Of a DNA stretch of 32,000 bases, positions 1 through 8,709 are shown one piece after another. This DNA comes from an uncultured Opitutales bacterium (GTDB lineage Bacteria; Verrucomicrobiota; Verrucomicrobiia; Opitutales; Intestinicryptomonadaceae), in NCBI GenBank assembly GCA_934613415.1, contig CAKTSY010000001.1, forward strand, positions 360,001-392,000, read 5' to 3'. Each line of letters opens with the position of its first letter. Within the stretch, counting starts at the first letter, position 1. The notes below the pieces were generated by a model. That model was not told the origin of the DNA and made no database searches. It saw only the letters and a program-made list of their open reading frames with translations. Position numbers and translations under genes: made by a program.

Positions 1-1
1 T

Positions 2-1441
2 TCGGCAGACGACGTAATTTTTACGCTCGACTGCATTTTTGCCCCCAAGCTAGACAAAAACGGCAAGGCGGAAAAAGACCAAAAAACAGGCAAACCGCTT
101 CTTAGGTACCCTACCCGAAACGCGGGGCAATACACAATAGGCGGCGAATATGTTAAATATAAAAAGATAGACGACTACACCGTTGAATTTAAAACCAACA
201 CGGTTTACGCCCCCTTTATAAACGACATAAGCTATCTTGAAATTCTGCCAAAGCACAAGCTGTTTAAAGCCTTTGAAGACGGAACTCTTACCCTAAGCTG
301 GACAAGCCAAACTGCAATAGAAACCCCTTCCGAAATTGTGGGTTTGGGCGCATTTAAAATATATTCATACCGCCCAGGCGAAAGGCTTGTTTTAGAGCCC
401 AACCCGCACTACTGGAAAGCCGACAAAAAACTGCAACGCCTGCCCTACATAGACTTTTTGATATTTAAATTTGTTTCCGACGCAAACACGGCAACGGTGC
501 TGTTTGCAACAGGGCAAAGCGACGCTGCAAACGTTTCGGCAAACGACTATGTTTGGGTAAAAAACTTTGCAAGCACCTACAACTTCGACATCTACGAGCG
601 CGGCCCCGATTCTGGCATTCAGTTTTTGTGCTTCAACCAAAATATGCGGGCTGCCTTAAAAGAAAATTCCGCGCTAAAAAGCTACAAAGTAAACTGGTTT
701 TGCAACAAGCTGTTCCGTCAGGCTGTTTTGTATGCCATAAACAGGCGCGACCTTATAAACGGCACATTTTTTGGCAGGGCAAAGGAGATAGACTCGGTTA
801 TAGGGCAGACAAACAAAAAGTGGCACAACCCAAATCTTAAAAAATACAACTACAACCCCAAATTGGCAAAGGAACTTTTGCTTAAAGCGGGCTTTATATA
901 TAAAGACAACGAGCTTTTCGACAAACAGGGGCACCGCGTAGAGTTTTCGCTTATGATTTCGGACGGCTCTTTAAGCGCAATGAACACCGCCACAACCATA
1001 ATGGAAAACCTAAAGGCTGTTGGCATTGCCGTAAAACTTACCGCAATGGACTTTTCGGCAATGATTTCGAAAATAAACGATTCTTGCGATTTTGAAGCCG
1101 TAATGCTGGGCTTTACGGGCGGCGGAGACCCTTCGGGGGGAAAGGCCATATACCGTTCCGACGGTTTTTTGCATATATGGAACCCGCGCCAAGACAAACC
1201 TCAAACCGAGTGGGAAAGGCAGATAGACGCTTTAATGGACCAGCAGGAAAGCGAAATGGATTTGCAAAAACGCCGCAACATAGTCTTTAAGATGCAGGAA
1301 ATTTTTACCGAGCAGCTGCCCCTTATATATCTAACAACCCCGTTCTCGTATTCGGGCGTAAAAAAGAAGTGGAAAAACATATCCGTTCCCCAAAGCGAAA
1401 GTATTTTGTGGAATTTAGACGAGCTTTACCAAGATGATTAG
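2..1441 (+). CDS. ABC transporter substrate-binding protein, family 5 (peptide/nickel, OppA/DppA-like); 5' end lies outside the window
   Basis: The frame of the listed 338..1441 ORF stays open back to nt 2 (SADDVIFTLDCIFAPKLDKNGK...). The family-5 SBP pattern LEPNPHYWK is present. The gene overlaps the downstream permease by 8 nt. Confidence 0.85.
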   Translation, partial: SADDVIFTLDCIFAPKLDKNGKAEKDQKTGKPLLRYPTRNAGQYTIGGEYVKYKKIDDYTVEFKTNTVYAPFINDISYLEILPKHKLFKAFEDGTLTLSWTSQTAIETPSEIVGLGAFKIYSYRPGERLVLEPNPHYWKADKKLQRLPYIDFLIFKFVSDANTATVLFATGQSDAANVSANDYVWVKNFASTYNFDIYERGPDSGIQFLCFNQNMRAALKENSALKSYKVNWFCNKLFRQAVLYAINRRDLINGTFFGRAKEIDSVIGQTNKKWHNPNLKKYNYNPKLAKELLLKAGFIYKDNELFDKQGHRVEFSLMISDGSLSAMNTATTIMENLKAVGIAVKLTAMDFSAMISKINDSCDFEAVMLGFTGGGDPSGGKAIYRSDGFLHIWNPRQDKPQTEWERQIDALMDQQESEMDLQKRRNIVFKMQEIFTEQLPLIYLTTPFSYSGVKKKWKNISVPQSESILWNLDELYQDD

Positions 1442-3698
1442 GTACGTTTTAAGACGCTTTCTTTCGATTATACCAATGCTTTTGGCGACAAGTGCACTGG
1501 TGTTTTTGCTTATGTATATTGCCCCTGGCGACTTCTTAAGCGAAGCGAGAAACTCGAAGGAAATTAGCCCCGAAATTGTAAGGCAAGAGGAAATTCGCCT
1601 GGGGCTAGACAAGCCGTGGTATGTGCAATATGCAAGGTGGCTAAACGGGGTGTCTCCCGTAAAAAGCAACCTATTTTTGCCCGAAAGCGAAAAAGAACAA
1701 CATTCTATTGTATATTTCGGCAAGCCCGATTTCGGATATTCGTGGAGCTACAAAATTCCCGTTAGCAATCTGTTGTGGCAAAGAATACCCGCAACATTGG
1801 CGTTGGCATTCGCCTCGCTTTTTGCAACATATTTAATTGCCATACCGCTAGGGGCATTGGCTGCAATGTATAAAAACTCGCTATTCGACAAAATTACGGG
1901 AGTATTGTCGTATATATGTCTTAGCGTGCCCTACTTTTTTCTTGCGCTGCTTGCGGTGCTTGCCGCCGCTCTTACTGGCTGGCTGCCAACGGGCGGGCAA
2001 ACTTCAATACAGTTCGACTTTCTTTCCTTCCCCCAAAAGGTGGGCGACTTTCTTACCCACCTTATTCTGCCGACGGCGGTTTTAAGCATTGGCTCTATAG
2101 CCTCGCTTACAAGAATTATGCGCGGCAACTTTTTGGATTATTCGAATCAGGAGTTTGTTATAACCGCGCGCGCAAAAGGCGTAGGCGAAAACGCAATAGC
2201 ACTAAAACATATTTTACGAAACGCGCTAAACCCGCTTATAACGTCTTTCGGGTTTGCCCTTAGCGGCATATTGTCGGGCGCGCTTTTAATAGAAAACGTA
2301 ATGAACTACCCGGGGCTTGGGCAGCTTGTATATACCGCCATTTTAAAACAAGACCAATTTGTTGTTATGGCGGGCGTAGTTATCGGCTGCGTTATGCTTG
2401 TTGTAGGCCAGTTGGTTGCCGACATTCTGCTGGCGGTGTGCGACCCGAGAATTAGGCTAGAAAACGAAAAGATACCTTATAAAACGCTTACAATAATTCT
2501 TTCGGCAACGGCGTTGTTTTGCGCCGCGCTAACCTACTTTGCCGAAAGCAAGCCGCTGTTGTTTGCATATTTTGCAAACGCGTTAAAATACGTCGGCCTT
2601 GCGTTGATTTGCGTGCTTGTTGCCGCGGTTATTGTAGGGCTAGCTTGGGGTGCGCTATATTTTATAAAGCACTTTTTAAAACCCATCTTAAAAAGCAAAA
2701 AAGGTGCGTTTTCGTTTGCGGTATTGTTTGTTATGTACTTTTCGGCGGCGTTTTCGCAGTTCTTGTCGCCCTATTCGCCCGAAAGGCAAAACCTTAACAA
2801 TGCGTTCGAGCCCCCCACTAAAATTGTATACGAAAACGGCGCGCTTTGGGCGGTTCAATATAAAAGGGTAGATGTTTCGGCGTCTACCTACATTCCCGTT
2901 TCGAAGGCAAAAATAAAATTCTTTGTTGAAGGTTCGGAATATAATTTTTGGGGAATGTTTAAATGCAAAACCCACCTTTTCGGCACCGAAAACCCCAACG
3001 ACAGGGTGTTTTTGCTCGGCACCGACTCTACCGGCAGATGCGTGTTTACAAGGCTTTTATACGGGGCTGTAATTTCGCTTAGCATAGGCTTTATAGGCAT
3101 TGCAATAACGCTTGTTTTGGGCTTTATTGTAGGCGGCCTTTCGGGCTATTTTGGAGGGGCAATAGACTTTGTTTGCATGCGCTTTGTTGAATTTTTAATG
3201 GCAGTTCCCAGCTTGTACCTGCTTTTGGCAATGCGCTCGGCGCTTGCCCCGCACTTTAGCAGCGGCCAAATGTATGCAATGATTATAATAATTCTTTCGG
3301 CGCTGGGCTGGGCGGGAGCCGCCCGCGTAATCAGGGGCATGGCGCTTTCGCTGCGCAAAAGGCAGTATGTGCAGGCCGCAGTTTGCATGGGGCAAAGCCC
3401 GCTAAGCGTAATTATTAAGCACTTCTTGCCCAATATGCTAAGCTACCTGATTGTAAGCGCAATGCTTTCGATACCCGCCTACATATTGGGCGAAGCCGCC
3501 CTTTCCTTTTTGGGGCTTGGCATACAAGAGCCCGCGGCTTCGTGGGGGTTAATGCTTTCGCAGGCGCAAAACGACACAAAAGTGCTTATGCTGGGCTTTT
3601 GGTGGCTGCTGTTGCCGGGCGTTGCAATATTTGCCGCCGTGCTCGCCTTTAGCGCGCTCGGCGACATTATGCGCGACATAGCCGACCCCAAAAAATAA
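1434..3698 (+). CDS. Fused ABC transporter permease (DppB/OppB-like N-half plus DppC/OppC-like C-half)
   Basis: The N-terminus MIRYVLRRFLSIIPMLLATSALVFLLMYIAPGDF is a typical DppB/OppB start. The C-half has the OppC-type LGTDSTGRCVFTRLLYG loop, the permease core (FVEFLMAVPSLYLLLAM) and the ending DIADPKK. Two extra hydrophobic helices lie between the halves. Confidence 0.85.
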   Translation: MIRYVLRRFLSIIPMLLATSALVFLLMYIAPGDFLSEARNSKEISPEIVRQEEIRLGLDKPWYVQYARWLNGVSPVKSNLFLPESEKEQHSIVYFGKPDFGYSWSYKIPVSNLLWQRIPATLALAFASLFATYLIAIPLGALAAMYKNSLFDKITGVLSYICLSVPYFFLALLAVLAAALTGWLPTGGQTSIQFDFLSFPQKVGDFLTHLILPTAVLSIGSIASLTRIMRGNFLDYSNQEFVITARAKGVGENAIALKHILRNALNPLITSFGFALSGILSGALLIENVMNYPGLGQLVYTAILKQDQFVVMAGVVIGCVMLVVGQLVADILLAVCDPRIRLENEKIPYKTLTIILSATALFCAALTYFAESKPLLFAYFANALKYVGLALICVLVAAVIVGLAWGALYFIKHFLKPILKSKKGAFSFAVLFVMYFSAAFSQFLSPYSPERQNLNNAFEPPTKIVYENGALWAVQYKRVDVSASTYIPVSKAKIKFFVEGSEYNFWGMFKCKTHLFGTENPNDRVFLLGTDSTGRCVFTRLLYGAVISLSIGFIGIAITLVLGFIVGGLSGYFGGAIDFVCMRFVEFLMAVPSLYLLLAMRSALAPHFSSGQMYAMIIIILSALGWAGAARVIRGMALSLRKRQYVQAAVCMGQSPLSVIIKHFLPNMLSYLIVSAMLSIPAYILGEAALSFLGLGIQEPAASWGLMLSQAQNDTKVLMLGFWWLLLPGVAIFAAVLAFSALGDIMRDIADPKK

Positions 3699-3710
3699 CA
3701 AAATGTAGGA

Positions 3711-3740
3711 TTGACAAAACCCGAATCTTAAACCGATAAT
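3711..3740 (+). promoter_or_regulatory. Candidate sigma70-type promoter for the Sel1-birA-coaX run
   Basis: TTGACA (3711-3716), an 18-nt spacer, then GATAAT (3735-3740), 21 nt before the ATG at 3762. It overlaps the hairpin listed next, so the two cannot be separated by eye. Confidence 0.3.
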
Positions 3741-3752
3741 ATCGGTTTTTAG
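3730..3752 (+). terminator. Candidate weak intrinsic terminator after the ABC permease
   Basis: AAACCGAT (3730-3737) pairs with ATCGGTTT (3741-3748) around a 3-nt loop and is followed by TT. The stem is AT-rich. Confidence 0.35.
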
Positions 3753-3761
3753 AAAGTATAT

Positions 3762-4307
3762 ATGGGTAAATTTTTAAGACTGTTTGCACTGTTTTTCTTT
3801 GCGTGCCTATGCGCTTTCGGCGAAAAGGAAAGCGTTTTTTCGCTGGGGGTAGAATCGCTTATCGAAAAGGCAAAAGCCGGCAACACTGCAAGCCAAATAA
3901 AATTGGGCGAATATTACCTTAACGGCATAATAGTTTCTAAAGATGAAAAGGAGGCTTTTAAGTGGTTTTTAAAGGCCGCCAAAAGCAATAGTTCCGAGGC
4001 GCTATACAACGTAGGCATTTGCTACATAAACGGCATAGGCGTAGCCCAGGACGAATGTAAGGGCGTTGAATATATGCGCAAAGCCGCCCGCCTAAAAAAC
4101 AAGCTTGCCGTATACAACCTCGGGGTGTGCTACGCAAACGGCATAGGCCTTGAATGCGACAACACAAAGGCCTATGCACTGTTTTCGCTTATTTGGCGCG
4201 ATGTAGACGAAGCCAGACAGGCAATGGATATGATTTTTGCCAATATGACACCCGACGAAAAGCAGAAGGCGCAAACGCTTAAAAACAATCCTTCTGGCGT
4301 ATTTTAA
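3762..4307 (+). CDS. Secreted Sel1-like (SLR) repeat protein
   Basis: N-terminal signal peptide (MGKFLRLFALFFFACLCAFG). Repeated SLR units: AFKWFLKAAKSNSSEALYNVGICYINGIGVAQD and GVEYMRKAARLKNKLAVYNLGVCYANGIGL. Confidence 0.8.
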   Translation: MGKFLRLFALFFFACLCAFGEKESVFSLGVESLIEKAKAGNTASQIKLGEYYLNGIIVSKDEKEAFKWFLKAAKSNSSEALYNVGICYINGIGVAQDECKGVEYMRKAARLKNKLAVYNLGVCYANGIGLECDNTKAYALFSLIWRDVDEARQAMDMIFANMTPDEKQKAQTLKNNPSGVF

Positions 4308-4308
4308 A

Positions 4309-5067
4309 ATGCCCTTGTTCGACAAAAATTTGCTTTTTGGCAATTTTAAAGAATCGGGGATATATCTCGAAATTTTCGAAGAAGTAGCCTCTACAAACGA
4401 CAAGGCATTTGAGCTTTTAAGTAAAGGCAATTTGTGCGCGGCCATTGCCGAAACGCAAACTAGCGGGCGCGGCAGGCTAGGCCGCAAATGGGAGGGCTCT
4501 TTGGGCGAATCGCTTTTCTTTTCTGGCGGTTTTGTTGTGGGCGAAAACACAAAGCTATTAAGCGTGCCCTGCTGCGTTGCAATTTTGCTTTGCAGACAGC
4601 TAAAAAGTGCATTCGGCGCAAATCTGCAAATTAAATGGCCAAACGACATTTATTTTAACAACAAAAAACTTTGCGGCATTTTATGCGAAGCAAAGGCAGA
4701 AAACGGCAAAATATCCAAAGCGGTTGTTGGCATAGGCGTAAACATTATGCCGCCAAAACACCCCGAAAGTTTTAGACGCCCCCCCGTTTCGCTAAGCGAA
4801 ATTTGCGAAAATGCCGACATAAACGAATGCGCAATCTGCTGCAAAAACGCATTTGTACAAGCCGTTAATTGCCGGAACGCAAAAAATGTCTTGTCGCACT
4901 TTGCCGAATACGATTGGCTATACGGCAAAAAGGTAAAAATTTTGCTTTCGCAAGAGGAAATAGAGGGCATTGCCTGCGGCATAAACGAAAATGCCGAACT
5001 TTTAATTAAACAGGCAAACGGCGAAATAAAAAATGTATCTTCGGGCGAGGCAAGCATTGCCGTATGA
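4309..5067 (+). CDS. birA: Biotin--[acetyl-CoA-carboxylase] ligase, short form without an N-terminal HTH
   Basis: GRGRLGRKWEGSLGESLFFS and KWPNDIYFNNKKLCGILCE are the BirA catalytic-domain signatures. The ATG is 1 nt after the Sel1 gene stop. Confidence 0.85.
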   Translation: MPLFDKNLLFGNFKESGIYLEIFEEVASTNDKAFELLSKGNLCAAIAETQTSGRGRLGRKWEGSLGESLFFSGGFVVGENTKLLSVPCCVAILLCRQLKSAFGANLQIKWPNDIYFNNKKLCGILCEAKAENGKISKAVVGIGVNIMPPKHPESFRRPPVSLSEICENADINECAICCKNAFVQAVNCRNAKNVLSHFAEYDWLYGKKVKILLSQEEIEGIACGINENAELLIKQANGEIKNVSSGEASIAV

Positions 5068-5819
5068 AAATTTTATGCATAGATATGGGCAACACCCGCA
5101 CGCACTGCGCCGTTGTTGAAAACGAGAACATAGACAATATTAACGAGTTGCCCACAAAAAATTTCGGTGCAAAATTTGCCGAATATTTTGCGGATTTAAG
5201 CGAGATAAACGGCATTGCGTGGTGCTCGGTTGTGCCAAAAGAGGCAAATGTTTTGCAGCGCGCGCTTGAAACTTGCGGCAAAAAGGCATTGCGCCTTTGC
5301 TACAAAAGCTGCCCCATTAAAATAGACTTAAAAAACCCCGCCGAAGTTGGCGACGACCGCCTTGCCGACGCAATAGGCGCCGCAAGATTTTTTAAGCCAC
5401 CCTACATATGTGTAGATATGGGAACTGCAATTACAATAGACCTTGTCGACAAGTCGGGCAGCTATGCGGGAGGTGCCATTGCCCCGGGGCTGCACGCCTT
5501 TACACTGTATTTGCACGAAAAAACCGCCCTACTGCCTAAAATAGACCCGCAAAATGCCGACTACTCGGTAAGCGTAGGCAAATCTACGGTAGAGGCGATG
5601 AATGTCGGATGCGTAAAGGGGCTTTGCAGGCTTATAGACGGCATTATTAACGACATTCAAGCCGAATTTTTCGACGGCGAAAAAGCCGAACAAAAAACGG
5701 TATTTACGGGAGGCAGTCTTTCGCTTCTTCCAAAAAAATGGCTTGCGCTGCGCAGGCAGGAGTGCCATCTTGCTTTATTGGGCTTACACGACTTTTATAT
5801 AAAAAAACTACAAGGTTAA
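5064..5819 (+). CDS. coaX: Type III pantothenate kinase
   Basis: MKILCIDMGNTRTHCAVV, VGDDRLADAIGA and VDMGTAITIDLV are ASKHA-fold CoaX motifs. ATGA overlap with birA. The birA-coaX pairing is well known. Confidence 0.85.
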   Translation: MKILCIDMGNTRTHCAVVENENIDNINELPTKNFGAKFAEYFADLSEINGIAWCSVVPKEANVLQRALETCGKKALRLCYKSCPIKIDLKNPAEVGDDRLADAIGAARFFKPPYICVDMGTAITIDLVDKSGSYAGGAIAPGLHAFTLYLHEKTALLPKIDPQNADYSVSVGKSTVEAMNVGCVKGLCRLIDGIINDIQAEFFDGEKAEQKTVFTGGSLSLLPKKWLALRRQECHLALLGLHDFYIKKLQG

Positions 5820-5822
5820 AAA

Positions 5823-6980
5823 ATGAAAAAATTATCTATATTCCTATTTTCGCTTTTGGCGGCAGCTTTTGCCTTTGCGCAAGACAACACCGAACTTTTA
5901 AAGCAAAAAAATCTTTTTAAAGACTACGCAAAGTTCGACAACCCCGCCGTTTTTGCAAATCTTCAAAACAACGCAAACCTTATTGCCGACTACGAATCCA
6001 GACCCGAAGCCTTTAAAGACGAAGAGCTTTTCCCCGTAGCAATGGCGTATATGACAACAAGGAATGTAGACAAAGCCATGTCGCTTTTGCAAAAGCACAT
6101 AAAGGCGGCTCCAAAAAACGCTGCGGCAATACGCAGCCTGGCTACAATGAGCCTTATTAAAAACGACAAGGCCGCCGCCGAAGACCTATACAAAAAAGCT
6201 TCGGATATGGGCGACAAAACCGCGCTAAAGTCGATTGCAAGCCTGTATATTATGGAAAGAACCCCCAAGAAGGTTGCTATCTACATAGACACTTTAAAAA
6301 ACCTTGCCAAAGACGACTTGGAAGCGGCAAACATTCTTTTAATGTATAGCTCGCTTAACGAGACAAAAGACGAAGACTTGGCAAAAAGCGTTTTAAAGAA
6401 TTTAAATTTGGAGGAAATTTTTAAAAACGCCTCTGTAGACGCATTTAACACAGCCCTTAACATATACGGAGCAAACCCGAAATTGTGGGACGGCGAATGC
6501 GCTGTTATACCAGCAAGGGCCGCCGCAATAAACAACTTGTGGTTCCCCGCAAACGAAGCCTACCAAACGGCATTAAAGGCAAACCCCAACAGCACCATAG
6601 CCCTTAGAGGCAAAGCCCTTGTAGAATACCGCACGGGCGACGTAAACGCGGCATTTAAGCTTATAGACAAAGCCTTGGCACTCGGCGACAAATCCGCCTA
6701 CAACGACTTGGTAGAGCTTTCGCTAATTTCAAAGCACACCCAAAATTTAGACGCTGCAAAAGACAAGTTGGCCTTAGCCGAACTTAGAACACAGCCGAAA
6801 TTTATGCTTGTGCAATACGCCATTGCAAACAACGCGCCCGACTATTTTTACATAGGCGCGCTGGGCAAGAATAGCGAACCTTTGTATAAAGACGAAGTTG
6901 CAAAAAAGATAATCCGCTCGGGTCTCGAAAAATTTGGCGGAGACGCCCGCGCAAAGGAAGTTGAAAAACTTTTAAAATAA
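5823..6980 (+). CDS. Secreted all-helical TPR-like repeat protein, function unknown
   Basis: Signal peptide (MKKLSIFLFSLLAAAFAFAQ). Ala/Leu/Lys-rich helical repeats with TPR-like spacing (AYQTALKANPNSTIALRGKALVEYRTGDVNAAFKLIDKALALGD). Confidence 0.55.
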   Translation: MKKLSIFLFSLLAAAFAFAQDNTELLKQKNLFKDYAKFDNPAVFANLQNNANLIADYESRPEAFKDEELFPVAMAYMTTRNVDKAMSLLQKHIKAAPKNAAAIRSLATMSLIKNDKAAAEDLYKKASDMGDKTALKSIASLYIMERTPKKVAIYIDTLKNLAKDDLEAANILLMYSSLNETKDEDLAKSVLKNLNLEEIFKNASVDAFNTALNIYGANPKLWDGECAVIPARAAAINNLWFPANEAYQTALKANPNSTIALRGKALVEYRTGDVNAAFKLIDKALALGDKSAYNDLVELSLISKHTQNLDAAKDKLALAELRTQPKFMLVQYAIANNAPDYFYIGALGKNSEPLYKDEVAKKIIRSGLEKFGGDARAKEVEKLLK

Positions 6981-7250
6981 ATGCCGCGCAGAATTTCGGA
7001 AAGCAAACAAGACAAAAAACGCAAGGCCGACTACGAAGCGTTGACTAGCCCCTTTATGCAAATAGAGGGAATGAAAGTGGCGGGAGCTCGTGCCTTGCTA
7101 GACCTAAATATTAGGCACACCTACGAGCTAAGGGGGCGCGCACCCGAAGTGCTGCTAGAAGAACTTTCTAAAAAACGCAAAAGCGTTGCCGACGACGACT
7201 ACCTAAAATACTTCCGCTTAGCCGTAGACTACGCCGAAAGGGAAGCATAG
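6981..7250 (+). CDS. Small helix-hairpin-helix protein (Cdd1 / pathogenicity-locus-like)
   Basis: 89 aa. A basic N-terminus is followed by IEGMKVAGARALLDLNIRHTYELRGRAPEVLLEEL...YLKYFRLAVDYAE, which matches the HhH / DL.G..PE.L / AV.YA pattern of that family as I remember it. The ATG directly abuts the upstream stop. Confidence 0.5.
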   Translation: MPRRISESKQDKKRKADYEALTSPFMQIEGMKVAGARALLDLNIRHTYELRGRAPEVLLEELSKKRKSVADDDYLKYFRLAVDYAEREA

Positions 7251-7254
7251 TTTT

Positions 7255-8613
7255 ATGCAGTATTGCGATTTAAATACCGAAATAGAAGTTGGGGCCAGCG
7301 CCCACTATGTGCAAATAGGTCCTTTTAGGGGGCTTATAGACTGCGGTATGCACCCTAAGTATTACGGGTATAAAGCCCTGCCCGACTTGGCGCAAATTGC
7401 CGACGACACTTTGGATTTTATTTGCATAACCCACGCGCATTTAGACCACTGCGCAGCGTTGCCGATAATTGCAAGGAAGCACCCCCACGCCACCATTATG
7501 ACAAACCGTGGCGGAGCCGACCTTGTTGTGCGAATGTTGCGCAATTCCAAGGCGGTTATGGCAAAACAAAAAGACGAGCTTAAGATAATGGAATACCCCC
7601 TGTATTCCTCTGCCGACATAGACGCGGTAAAGTCTAGAATTATTCCAATGCAAAACGGCGTTGAGCGCACGCTGGAACTTTCGAGCGGCGAAAAAATAAC
7701 AATAAGCTTTTGGGGAGCCGGGCACATTCCCGGAGCGGCCTCGGTTTTGCTGGAATACAACAGGCGCAGAATTTTATTCAGCGGCGATATGAGCTTTCAT
7801 TCAACCGCCCTGCTAAAAGGCGCAAACCCGCCCTCCGGCAAGGTAGACACACTTGTTGTGGAAACCACGCGCGGCTCGTACGACCGCCCGAAAGACTCCA
7901 CCTACCAAAGCGAAGTTCAACGCTTTTTAAAATCGCTTTCTACCACAATAAAAGACGGCGGCAGCGTTTTGGTGCCCGCCTTTGCGCTGGGCAGAATGCA
8001 GGAGGTTCTGCTTATAATACAAAAGGCAAAAGCCGAAGGCACAATCCCCAAAGACACCCCCGTTTTTGCAACGGGTCTGGGCGTTGACATTGCAGAGCAA
8101 ATGATAGAGCTTTCTAAAAAAAGCCACCACTTTTCGTTTGCAAAACAGGCAATGGAAGGCGTAAAGCCAATGAGGTTCGAAATAAAGCCGGGGCAGGATT
8201 TCGAGGAAAAGGGAATTTACGTTTTAGGCAGCGGAATGCTTGTAGAACATACCCCAAGCTTTTTGGCGGCGTCGGCAATGATGGCGCAAAAGGAAAATTC
8301 CATATGCTTTGTAGGCTATTGCGACCCCGATACCCCCGCAGGCAAACTTTTGCAGTGCAAGCCGGGCGACTACTTTAATTTTGAAGGGCTTTTTTATTCC
8401 ACAAAAATCAACTGCAAGGTAGACAAGTTCGACTTAAGCTCGCACGCCGACAGGGCCGACATACTTAAATTCATAATCGAAAAAGACCCACGCTGCGTAA
8501 TATTAACCCACGGTAGCGAAACTTCGCGCGAATGGTTTATGGACAACATAATAGACATAAGCCCGAAAACGCAGGTTATAATTCCGCAACCGTCGGAGTA
8601 TATAGAAGTTTAA
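7255..8613 (+). CDS. Metallo-beta-lactamase fold beta-CASP nuclease (TTHA0252/CPSF73-like)
   Basis: Motifs present: HAHLDHCAALP (HxHxDH), AGHIPGAA, FSGDM, VVETT (beta-CASP A), LSSHAD (B) and LTHGS (C). Confidence 0.85.
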   Translation: MQYCDLNTEIEVGASAHYVQIGPFRGLIDCGMHPKYYGYKALPDLAQIADDTLDFICITHAHLDHCAALPIIARKHPHATIMTNRGGADLVVRMLRNSKAVMAKQKDELKIMEYPLYSSADIDAVKSRIIPMQNGVERTLELSSGEKITISFWGAGHIPGAASVLLEYNRRRILFSGDMSFHSTALLKGANPPSGKVDTLVVETTRGSYDRPKDSTYQSEVQRFLKSLSTTIKDGGSVLVPAFALGRMQEVLLIIQKAKAEGTIPKDTPVFATGLGVDIAEQMIELSKKSHHFSFAKQAMEGVKPMRFEIKPGQDFEEKGIYVLGSGMLVEHTPSFLAASAMMAQKENSICFVGYCDPDTPAGKLLQCKPGDYFNFEGLFYSTKINCKVDKFDLSSHADRADILKFIIEKDPRCVILTHGSETSREWFMDNIIDISPKTQVIIPQPSEYIEV

Positions 8614-8643
8614 AAAGCTAATTTCCACAAAGACAAATGCCGC

Positions 8644-8690
8644 AAAAAAACGCCGAGAGTTTTTGGAAACTCCGGCGTTCGTGTTTTAGA
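8644..8690. terminator. Bidirectional intrinsic terminator between convergent genes
   Basis: A 13-bp stem with one bulge (8649-8662 pairs with 8667-8679, loop TTGG). An A-run lies on the left and a T-rich tract on the right. Confidence 0.6.
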
Positions 8691-8709
8691 TTTTTTGCGT
8701 TGAAACAGG

